In this document: one piece after another, positions 6,159 through 14,834 of the stretch
Position numbering within the stretch: position 1 is the stretch's first letter
Layout: each line of letters opens with the position of its first letter
DNA from: Anaerovoracaceae bacterium
GTDB lineage: Bacteria; Bacillota; Clostridia; Peptostreptococcales; Anaerovoracaceae
Assembly: GCA_050953405.1 (NCBI GenBank)
Contig: JBMNMP010000003.1
Span: forward strand, 183,159-247,158
Direction: 5' to 3'
Length of the DNA stretch: 64,000 bases
The notes under the pieces: model-generated
The model's database searches: none
What the model saw: only the letters and a program-made list of their open reading frames with translations
What the model was told of the DNA's origin: nothing
Position numbers and translations under genes: made by a program

Positions 6159-9100
6159 GTTCATGGAACCTATGAAATTTCTACTGTTGTAGATTTGTGG
6201 CGAACACTCTCAATACTCTTGTTCATGGAACCTATGAAATTTCTACTGTTGTAGATATGCAGATAATGGCGGTGGTTGTAGCGTTCATGGAACCTATGAA
6301 ATTTCTACTGTTGTAGATTTTAGAGCTTCCATTGATTTTTCGATGTTCATGGAACCTATGAAATTTCTACTGTTGTAGATCACACCAAGCCCACGCTTCG
6401 CTATCCGGTTCATGGAACCTATGAAATTTCTACTGTTGTAGATTACGGGGTTTACTAAAAGAGCTATAAATGTTCATGGAACCTATGAAATTTCTACTGT
6501 TGTAGATTTGTCCCCGATTCTTTTAACTGCTTCGTTCATGGAACCTATGAAATTTCTACTGTTGTAGATGACGGCTTTAAGAATCCGGTCATCAATGTTC
6601 ATGGAACCTATGAAATTTCTACTGTTGTAGATCTTTGCCCGCTGCCTTTGCAAGCTTGGTTCATGGAACCTATGAAATTTCTACTGTTGTAGATATCAAC
6701 GGTCTGCTCTTATTACATTCAGTTCATGGAACCTATGAAATTTCTACTGTTGTAGATTACATCATCTGTAGTGGTATCTGGGGGTTCATGGAACCTATGA
6801 AATTTCTACTGTTGTAGATTCACAACACGGTTAGTATTTATAGACGTTCATGGAACCTATGAAATTTCTACTGTTGTAGATATTATTACCAGAGCATACC
6901 AGAGCATAGTTCATGGAACCTATGAAATTTCTACTGTTGTAGATATATTTTCCTTATATGAAGTGTCCACTGGTTCATGGAACCTATGAAATTTCTACTG
7001 TTGTAGATTCCTTTCAGTGCGTCTTTAAGTTTTGTGTTCATGGAACCTATGAAATTTCTACTGTTGTAGATAAGGACAACTCCCCTTGCTCGTTATAATG
7101 TTCATGGAACCTATGAAATTTCTACTGTTGTAGATCCGCCGATTTTTCCTATCCACCCGAACGTTCATGGAACCTATGAAATTTCTACTGTTGTAGATTG
7201 AGCTTGCTGATCTGATCTTTGAGAGGTTCATGGAACCTATGAAATTTCTACTGTTGTAGATTGGATCTCGGCCAGATCGCTCCAGAGGTTCATGGAACCT
7301 ATCAAATTTCTACTGTTGTAGATAAACTCATCTTTTATTACCCTGTACGGTGCGTTCATGGAACCTATGAAATTTCTACTGTTGTAGATCAGTAAAGACC
7401 GATGATGATACATATGGTTCATGGAACCTATGAAATTTCTACTGTTGTAGATAAATTATTGGAATTGATAGATATACAGGTTCATGGAACCTATGAAATT
7501 TCTACTGTTGTAGATCAAAATCTGATATGTCAGTAGTTACCGAGTTCATGGAACCTATGAAATTTCTACTGTTGTAGATTGCAACCTCTTGACCTGCGAG
7601 CCTGTAGTTCATGGAACCTATGAAATTTCTACTGTTGTAGATCTCGGCCGCAGTAAATGAAATGCCGACGTTCATGGAACCTATGAAATTTCTACTGTTG
7701 TAGATATTTGATTTAAGTGTCATGTTATTTCGTTCATGGAACCTATGAAATTTCTACTGTTGTAGATCTGAGATATGTGCACGGTGGATGAGCAAGTTCA
7801 TGGAACCTATGAAATTTCTACTGTTGTAGATTGTAGATTCGGCATCGACACACCTCTTGTTCATGGAACCTATGAAATTTCTACTGTTGTAGATCATGCG
7901 GATGCTGTGAATCCACAAGGTGTTCATGGAACCTATGAAATTTCTACTGTTGTAGATGTCCGCCTGTGGTCGGATCAACATAGTGTTCATGGAACCTATG
8001 AAATTTCTACTGTTGTAGATTTTAGTTTGTTTATCCCTGTAATAGTGTTCATGGAACCTATGAAATTTCTACTGTTGTAGATACATAACTCGCGATGCTT
8101 CTCTGCTTTGTTCATGGAACCTATGAAATTTCTACTGTTGTAGATCCGTATGCCTTTGGCGGGAAAAAAGGTAGTTCATGGAACCTATGAAATTTCTACT
8201 GTTGTAGATCCCATCTGACGCGCGTCACGCTTCAGGTTCATGGAACCTATGAAATTTCTACTGTTGTAGATCCAAAACGCCATTCGCATAATTATCCGGT
8301 TCATGGAACCTATGAAATTTCTACTGTTGTAGATTTCGGTGTATCGGGTACAACATCTTATGTTCATGGAACCTATGAAATTTCTACTGTTGTAGATTTG
8401 TTCCAAGCCCCGGGTTTGCTTTCATGTTCATGGAACCTATGAAATTTCTACTGTTGTAGATTGATCGTTCCCGCCTGACTGACTCCCAGGTTCATGGAAC
8501 CTATGAAATTTCTACTGTTGTAGATTGTACGCCGTGTTCATAACCCCTACCGGTTCATGGAACCTATGAAATTTCTACTGTTGTAGATTTGCTGCATCCT
8601 GCCATGAGTGTTTTTGGTTCATGGAACCTATGAAATTTCTACTGTTGTAGATAGTCGAAAAGGAAACAAAAGGAGCGATGTTCATGGAACCTATGAAATT
8701 TCTACTGTTGTAGATTTTTGCTTCCGAAAATTCCATCAACGTGTTCATGGAACCTATGAAATTTCTACTGTTGTAGATCTTCGCTTTTATCACTGACGCC
8801 TTTGTATGTTCATGGAACCTATGAAATTTCTACTGTTGTAGATTTCTGCTGTTCAAAATAATCCTCCATTGTTCATGGAACCTATGAAATTTCTACTGTT
8901 GTAGATCTCTGGTTGCAGAAGTTCTCAATGAAAGTTCATGGAACCTATGAAATTTCTACTGTTGTAGATTCCATTCTGACATGTTATGCCTCCCAAGTTC
9001 ATGGAACCTATGAAATTTCTACTGTTGTAGATGGGAAGAGATCGCGGCTCGTGGGTTGAGTTCATGGAACCTATGAAATTTCTACTGTTGTAGATTCGTC

Positions 9101-9344
9101 GTCCTCGATCTTGCAGTAGCTGTTCATGGAACCTATGAAATTTCTACTGTTGTAGATCTTCATCATTGAATATGAAGCAGTGTGTTCATGGAACCTATGA
9201 AATTTCTACTGTTGTAGATAAACAGCTGCTGTCAGAGAACTGGTAGTTCATGGAACCTATGAAATTTATACTGTTGTAGATCGGAAGTAACATACCGCTC
9301 TTGCGGAAGTTCATGGAACCTATGAAGTTTCTACTGTTGCAGAT
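6159..9344 (+). CRISPR. Type V-A (Cas12a/Cpf1-type) CRISPR array, 51 repeats and 50 spacers
   Basis: The 36-nt repeat is GTTCATGGAACCTATGAAATTTCTACTGTTGTAGAT. I counted 51 copies by hand, the first at 6159 and the last at 9309. Spacers are 26-30 nt and all different. The repeat 3' end AATTTCTACTGTTGTAGAT (stem TCTAC/GTAGA) is the Cas12a crRNA handle. The two distal repeats are degenerate: 9246 has TTTATACTG, and 9309 has GAAGTTT and GTTGCAGAT. The repeat at 7288 has TATCAAATT. Confidence 0.97.
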
Positions 9345-9557
9345 TTGCTTGAAGGCGTAAAGTGGTTCCGGGTGGTAGATCTTCGTATTGACTATTGCTT
9401 ACTGGATGATAGGAAATATATACAGGACTTTATCGGCGATGAACGCACGAATGTGGTAGGGTCTGTTTATATGTATAAAGAAATGAAGTACGGCTTTAAG
9501 GATGTTCCGGTCCCGCTGGGAGAAGGGGACGTGATCATAGATGCTTTCTGTGAGTAA
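9345..9557 (+). CDS. Hypothetical ORF abutting the last repeat; possibly a remnant of a disrupted host gene
   Basis: 70-aa ORF with a TTG start directly at the array end. Host-like GC content, no RBS, no recognisable motif. Confidence 0.25.
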   Translation: MLEGVKWFRVVDLRIDYCLLDDRKYIQDFIGDERTNVVGSVYMYKEMKYGFKDVPVPLGEGDVIIDAFCE

Positions 9558-9634
9558 TATCATTAAAGGTAGATGACCGGCAAGTTTTCAGGTATAATTA
9601 AGAAGATAATATTTAGAGAGACGAGGATTGACGT

Positions 9635-10330
9635 ATGACTGTTTTACTGGCGGCGGCATTGATTCCACCGCTGTTTTTGATCTTTCAGGTGTATCGCATA
9701 GATCGGGTAGAGAAAGAACCGCTCGGCCTGCTGATCAAGTTGTTCATATTTGGGGCCATTGCAGTGGTGCCTGCTGTTTTGCTGGAGATGCTGGGTACTG
9801 ATATACTGCTGGACGGTCTCTTTTCAGGCAGTGGCACTCTGGTGCGCCGCATAGTGGAGAACTTCATTGTGGTCGCCCTGGTGGAGGAAGGGTGCAAGCG
9901 CTTTTTCCTCAAGCGGGGCAGCTGGAGGCATCCGGCGTTCGATTACTGTTTTGATGCCATTGTATATTCGGTCGTTGTGTCGCTGGGGTTTGCCGCACTG
10001 GAAAACATCGGATATGTATTCCAATACGGTCTTCAAGTGGCTGCGATGCGGGCGGTGACCTCTATACCGGGGCACTGCATCTTCGGTATCTTCATGGGTC
10101 ACTATTACGGCATGGCCAGGATGGCCGATGCCTGGGGCGACAAAAAGCGCAGCCGTTCAATGCTGCGCAAGAGTCTTTGGGTCCCGGTCTTTCTGCACGG
10201 ATTCTATGACTTCACCGCGTCGATGGACAACAGTATAGTGACCATCGTGTTCTTTGTTTACCTTGTCGTGCTCGATATCGTGGCTATCCGCTCGATACGC
10301 AGGTATTCGAGACAGGACTTCCCCATCTGA
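9635..10330 (+). CDS. prsW: PrsW-family intramembrane metalloprotease
   Basis: Multi-TM protein with the EEGCKRF (EExxK) and HGFYDF motifs. Confidence 0.8.
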   Translation: MTVLLAAALIPPLFLIFQVYRIDRVEKEPLGLLIKLFIFGAIAVVPAVLLEMLGTDILLDGLFSGSGTLVRRIVENFIVVALVEEGCKRFFLKRGSWRHPAFDYCFDAIVYSVVVSLGFAALENIGYVFQYGLQVAAMRAVTSIPGHCIFGIFMGHYYGMARMADAWGDKKRSRSMLRKSLWVPVFLHGFYDFTASMDNSIVTIVFFVYLVVLDIVAIRSIRRYSRQDFPI

Positions 10331-10377
10331 TAATCTGCTGAGTGACCGCGGCAGATGCGGTCCGTACCAGCTGGAGC

Positions 10378-11217
10378 TTACTGCTGCTCTTTCACGAGCA
10401 CGGTCTGCTCTGCGTACTTACCGAAGAAATGATAGCCGGAACCGCCTTCAGATATTATGTTCAGGAGCTCATCGGGTCTGGTGACGCGGATGCCGCCGGC
10501 CATGGTGACGCCGTGTGCGAAGAGCGCGTCCGGCAGCATGCTCGCGGTGGGGCCGGTAACCAGCACTTCGGCTCCCGGTTTTGCCATCTTCAGGAGACCG
10601 GGCAGCGTGTCGTTAAGGATGGTCACCCCGGTGATCACCAGCAGATCGGCGTCCGGGATGCAGGTGTCCGCTTTCTCGGCGGGAAGGTAGTAGGGCATTT
10701 CTCTTTCCTTCAGCGTGCGTGGATCCTGTTCCAGCACGTGGAAATCGGCATCGATCGCAATCAGCTTTCTCAGGATAGGTACCAGGGCACCGACGACCAC
10801 GCTTTTCTTATATCGCTCCAGATCCAGGAGGTCGAAGGCATTGGCATCGTGGATCACCTTAAAGCCGCTGGTCCTGTTGTCCGCGGCTTTCCTGTCCCAG
10901 ACCAGCATGCTGAGTGCATTCAGGGCCGAAATGCCAAGGGTGCGGCGCAGGATGTTCGGGTTCTCTACATCGTTCAGGTAATCGGTGACCGGTCTGCCGG
11001 AGAGCTTTCCAGACAGCGGCATAGCGCGTGCAGAGCTCGGACAGCATACAGCTTCCGGCATATCCTTGATCGGCGTATAACAGAGGCCGCCCTGGCCTGT
11101 TGACAGCTTTACGCCGGAGAAGAAGAGCCCGAAGACAGCCATTTCGACAGTGATCTCATCGAGCTCGGAACCCAGCTCGGATTTTACTATTTCTATTGTT
11201 TCGCTTAGTATAGACAT
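10378..11217 (-). CDS. DUF4213/DUF364 (Rossmann-like, putative metal-chelation) domain protein
   Basis: 279-aa ORF. Recalled family pattern: FSGVKLSTGQGGLCYTP...VVVGALVP...LVITGVTILN. The opposite-strand ORF 10342..11103 has Arg/His/Gly-biased composition. Confidence 0.65.
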   Translation of the reverse strand: MSILSETIEIVKSELGSELDEITVEMAVFGLFFSGVKLSTGQGGLCYTPIKDMPEAVCCPSSARAMPLSGKLSGRPVTDYLNDVENPNILRRTLGISALNALSMLVWDRKAADNRTSGFKVIHDANAFDLLDLERYKKSVVVGALVPILRKLIAIDADFHVLEQDPRTLKEREMPYYLPAEKADTCIPDADLLVITGVTILNDTLPGLLKMAKPGAEVLVTGPTASMLPDALFAHGVTMAGGIRVTRPDELLNIISEGGSGYHFFGKYAEQTVLVKEQQ

Positions 11218-11356
11218 GTTTCACCTCCGTCATTCTTTATTTTATAACCGGAAGAATGGGGGTTCAAACACCAAAAATAGCGTTACAGGCTCAATTCACA
11301 GGTGTATAATATGATTAATTTGTTTCTATATGAAGAGAATTACAGGAGGTAAGCAT

Positions 11357-11950
11357 ATGGCAGACAGCATTTCGAGAGATGCAGCCTTTGAGCTGTTGAA
11401 AAAATACAATAAGGAGCCGTTCCACATCCAGCATGGACTGACGCTGGAGGGCGTGATGAAGTGGTTCGCCGGGCAGAAGGGATATGCCGATGAAGCGGAG
11501 TACTGGGGCATCGTCGGATTGCTGCACGACGTGGATTTTGAACAGTATCCGGACGAGCACTGCATCAAGGCGCCGGAACTGCTGCGCGCAGCCGGTGTCG
11601 GCGAAGACATGATCCATTCTATCTGCAGCCACGGTTACGGGCTGACGGTGGACATCAAACCGGAGCATGAGATGGAGAAGGTGCTCTATGCGGTCGATGA
11701 GCTGACAGGTCTCATCGGCGCGGCAGCTTTGATGCGTCCTTCAAAGAGCGTGCAGGACATGAAGGTAAAGTCGGTGAAGAAAAAGTACAAGAGTGCAAAT
11801 TTCGCCGCCGGCTGCTCGCGTGAGGTGATCGAAAAGGGCGCCGAAATGATGGGTGTCACCCTGGAAGAACTGATAGAGCAGACGCTGCAGGCTATGAGGA
11901 GCTGTGAGGATTCGGTGCAGGCGGCGATGGATGACTATGATGCTGAATAA
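11357..11950 (+). CDS. HD-domain phosphohydrolase
   Basis: RBS AGGAGG 7 nt upstream of the ATG at 11357. HD signature HIQHGL...GLLHDVDFE. Confidence 0.75.
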   Translation: MADSISRDAAFELLKKYNKEPFHIQHGLTLEGVMKWFAGQKGYADEAEYWGIVGLLHDVDFEQYPDEHCIKAPELLRAAGVGEDMIHSICSHGYGLTVDIKPEHEMEKVLYAVDELTGLIGAAALMRPSKSVQDMKVKSVKKKYKSANFAAGCSREVIEKGAEMMGVTLEELIEQTLQAMRSCEDSVQAAMDDYDAE

Positions 11951-12040
11951 GCGCAGGCTGAAAGAAGCTTGTTGCTTCGGTGATGGCGGCATGGTACAAT
12001 TTTGAATAGTAGTTGGTAAAATCTGTAGAAGAGGATAAAG

Positions 12041-13306
12041 ATGTCAAGAGCCAAGAAGATCACCGTGATGGTGATAATTATTGTAGCGGCACTCGTGGCC
12101 GCGTGCCTGGTCGCGCTGAACCGCATGGATGCCGTAGCCGACGCTGCCGTTGAAAAGGCGGACGGCCGCATCCTGAAAAACGTATACATAGATACGGTGG
12201 ATGTCGGCGCCCTTAGCAGGGATGAAGCCACGGCGGCAGTGGAGAAGCTCGCAGCGAAAGCAGACGACAGTATCATCACACTGAAGGCAGGCAGGAAAGA
12301 AAAGAAGATCAGGGCCGGCAGGCTGAATATCGATTACAAGATCTCTCAGGCTGTGGACCGCGCTTTCGAAGTGGGACGCGAGGGGAATATACTCGCACGC
12401 TTCAAATCTGTGCGCGAGCTGAAAAACGAGGACCGGCATATCAGACTGCATGCGGCGGCGGACCCCGCCGAGATTAAAAAGGCGGTCAGATCGGCGGTGA
12501 GGCCGCTGGCTGTCAGGGCCGTTCCCGCGTATTTGAGGCGCGTGGAAGTCAAGAGAGAAGATAAAAAGGCAGAGAGTGAAAAGCATCTGCCGGTCAAGTG
12601 GAAGGTCATCAAGGTAAAAGAAGTCAAAGGGCAGAAGGTCAACCGGGAGAAATCCGGGAAAAGGCTCGCGGCGGCGATCAACAATAAATGGGAAAAAGGT
12701 GATATGACCGTGGACATGAGCGTCAGAAAAATCACTCCCCGGGTGACTGAGTCGGACTTCAAAGATATCCATGATGTTCTGGGGACTTATACAACGGAGT
12801 TCGACGGTGATGACGTCAGCCGCAGCCGGAATCTGGTCAACGGCGTCAGAAAGATCAGCGGGACCTTCCTGCAGCCGGGCCAGCGCCTTTCGGTCTACAA
12901 AAAGGTGGCTCCGTTCACGGCTGAGAACGGCTGGCATCTGGCGGGGACTTACAGCGGCGGCAAGGAAGTTATGGACTATGGCGGCGGTATCTGCCAGGTC
13001 TCCACGACTCTCTACAACGCCGTGATCAGATCGGAACTGAAAGTCAATGAAAGGCACAACCATTCGATGCCGGTATCCTATGTACCGCTGTCGGCCGATG
13101 CCACGATTTCGGGTTCGGACCTGGATTTCAAATTTACGAATAATCTCGACGATCCGATATATATATCCGGCAAGGTGCACGGAGAAAGTCTCACGTTCAC
13201 CATCTACGGGACAGAGACGAGGAAGAACGACAGGTATGTCGACTTTGAATCGGAAACGCTGGCATCCTACGGAGCCGGTGAGCAGGTGGTGGGCACCGAT
13301 CCTTAG
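12041..13306 (+). CDS. VanW-family protein, interrupted by an in-frame TAG at 13304; coding-like sequence continues to 13537
   Basis: N-terminal TM segment. VanW core GGGICQVSTTLYNAVIRSELKVNERHNHSMPVSYVP. After the TAG the same frame reads LPEGSERIESYGSPGYEAQLWKIVYENGKEKKRTRFNHSSYTAVPTKIIKGTKKP...* with a stop at 13535-13537. Confidence 0.8.
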   Translation: MSRAKKITVMVIIIVAALVAACLVALNRMDAVADAAVEKADGRILKNVYIDTVDVGALSRDEATAAVEKLAAKADDSIITLKAGRKEKKIRAGRLNIDYKISQAVDRAFEVGREGNILARFKSVRELKNEDRHIRLHAAADPAEIKKAVRSAVRPLAVRAVPAYLRRVEVKREDKKAESEKHLPVKWKVIKVKEVKGQKVNREKSGKRLAAAINNKWEKGDMTVDMSVRKITPRVTESDFKDIHDVLGTYTTEFDGDDVSRSRNLVNGVRKISGTFLQPGQRLSVYKKVAPFTAENGWHLAGTYSGGKEVMDYGGGICQVSTTLYNAVIRSELKVNERHNHSMPVSYVPLSADATISGSDLDFKFTNNLDDPIYISGKVHGESLTFTIYGTETRKNDRYVDFESETLASYGAGEQVVGTDP

Positions 13307-13544
13307 CTCCCGGAGGGTAGCGAGCGCATCGAGTCCTACGGTTCACCTGGATACGAGGCGCAGCTGTGGAAGATCGTTTATGAAAACGGCAAAGAAAAGA
13401 AGCGTACCCGCTTCAATCACAGTTCCTATACGGCGGTTCCCACGAAGATAATCAAGGGCACCAAAAAACCGACAAAGACGAAGACGAAGGACAAAGGGAA
13501 GAGCAAGGAAAAAGAAAAACCGGACACCAAGAAATAATAGAGTA

Positions 13545-13574
13545 AAAAACGGAGCTGATCAAGCTCCGTTTTTT
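13545..13574. terminator. Bidirectional rho-independent terminator
   Basis: AAAAACGGAGCT, loop GATCA, AGCTCCGTTTTT. A perfect hairpin with an A-tract 5' and a T-tract 3'. Confidence 0.8.
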
Positions 13575-13631
13575 GAGTTCCACTTTGTCCCGTGGTACCC
13601 CCGTTATTAATTATCAGATAAGCTGGCTGCT

Positions 13632-14174
13632 CTAGCCAAAATATCTCTTCAGCAGTCCGGCAAATGCCTTGCCGTGTCTTGCTTCGTCTCTTGCCATTTC
13701 GTGAACTGTATCGTGAATAGCATCCAGTCCGGCAGCCTTTGCCTTCTTGGCCAGATCTGTCTTGCCGGCTGTAGCGCCGTTTTCAGCCTGTACTCTCATC
13801 TCCAGGTTCTTCTTTGTGGAGTCGGTGATCACCTCGCCCAGCAGTTCAGCAAACCTTGATGCGTGATCAGCTTCCTCATAAGCGGCCTGCTTCCAGTAGA
13901 GACCGATTTCCGGATAGCCTTCTCTATGAGCTACTCTTGACATTGCAAGGTACATACCTACTTCAGAACATTCTGCTGTGAAGTTGTCTCTCAGACCCTG
14001 CAGGATCTCTTCGTCAACGCCCTTAGCGATGCCTACAACATGCTCAGATGCCCATTCCATATTGTCTTCGTCGAGCTTCTTGAACTTTTCAGCAGGTGCT
14101 CCGCACTGAGGACATTTCTCCGGCGGCTGTTCTCCCTCATAAACGTATCCACATACTGTACATTGCCATTTCAT
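13632..14174 (-). CDS. rbr: Reverse rubrerythrin (N-terminal rubredoxin-like Cys4 plus ferritin-like di-iron domain)
   Basis: Start chosen at [10 protein letters not shown], with RBS GGAGGTA 7 nt upstream. CTVCG...CPQCG motif, then E..EEADH di-iron ligand motifs. Confidence 0.85.
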   Translation of the reverse strand: MKWQCTVCGYVYEGEQPPEKCPQCGAPAEKFKKLDEDNMEWASEHVVGIAKGVDEEILQGLRDNFTAECSEVGMYLAMSRVAHREGYPEIGLYWKQAAYEEADHASRFAELLGEVITDSTKKNLEMRVQAENGATAGKTDLAKKAKAAGLDAIHDTVHEMARDEARHGKAFAGLLKRYFG

Positions 14175-14236
14175 AGTTATTACCTCCATTAAATAATACT
14201 TGATACTTTTTCTATAGTCATGAATCTGCCACAACT

Positions 14237-14261
14237 CTTATTGATAACTTGTGTCAATAAG
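14237..14261. promoter_or_regulatory. Inverted repeat CTTATTGA-N9-TCAATAAG upstream of rbr; candidate PerR/Fur-family operator
   Basis: Perfect 8-bp arms at 14237-14244 and 14254-14261, about 65 bp upstream of the rbr start. The TTATTGATAA core resembles Fur/PerR half-sites. Confidence 0.35.
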
Positions 14262-14519
14262 GATATACCACAGATGATTTGCTTAAAACATTCTTTTTGG
14301 AATTATTTTCGCCCTGAACCATATCCCCATATACTAGTTTCCACCGTTTACATAATATTCTCGATATTGGGAATTTGTCAAGGCTAACTTGCCGGGATGC
14401 GGCGGTGACCGGGGTCTTCGATCGGGGTGAGCTTATTTTTCTTTACTACTTTGTTTGAACCATGTATAATAACGGTAAGAATATCTATAATTCGATAAAA
14501 AGAAAAGGAGATAGTAATT

Positions 14520-14750
14520 ATGGAAATGGAGAAGAAAATTCAGGCTGGACTGGATCAGATCAGACCTTTCCTTCAGAGGGATGGCGGCGACATCGAGTTC
14601 GTTGAATACACAGACGATAATGTTGTAAAAGTAAAACTGCAGGGACACTGTGCAGGATGCCCGGGTGCCCTGATGACGATCAAGGGAGTAGTCGAAAGAG
14701 TATTGAAGGAAAGTTATCCTGAGATCAAAGCGGTTGAAACAGTGCAGTAA
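14520..14750 (+). CDS. NifU-like Fe-S cluster assembly domain protein
   Basis: 76 aa. IRPFLQRDGGDIEFV...GHCAGCPGALMT is the NifU C-terminal domain CxxC motif. Confidence 0.85.
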   Translation: MEMEKKIQAGLDQIRPFLQRDGGDIEFVEYTDDNVVKVKLQGHCAGCPGALMTIKGVVERVLKESYPEIKAVETVQ

Positions 14751-14834
14751 GCTCAGAGCTAACGATGATTCTGGCTGCCGACGGTCCTCGTGACGGTCGG
14801 CAGTTATAGTGTTACGGTCATAAAGGAGGTACGC

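Noticed and set aside
6635-8796. Multiple 60-101 aa ORFs on both strands inside the array (for example 7775..8080, 7754..7990 and 8575..8793)
   Set aside because: Their sequences are just repeated translations of the CRISPR repeat (VHGTYEISTVVD on one strand, IYNSRNFIGSMN on the other). They are artefacts of the repeat periodicity.
9345-9640. A search for an attR copy of the tRNA-fMet 3' end, or of the 1273-1303 segment, downstream of the array, to test whether int plus CRISPR form one tRNA-integrated island
   Set aside because: No convincing direct repeat was seen by eye. The composition break at ~4370 argues instead that the phage remnant and the CRISPR module have different origins.
13304-13306. 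The in-frame TAG in VanW as a pyrrolysine codon, prompted by the nearby RACo-like corrinoid activase
   Set aside because: No pyl genes, tRNA-Pyl or methylamine methyltransferase appear in the window. VanW is not a known Pyl protein. A nonsense mutation or a sequencing error is far more likely.
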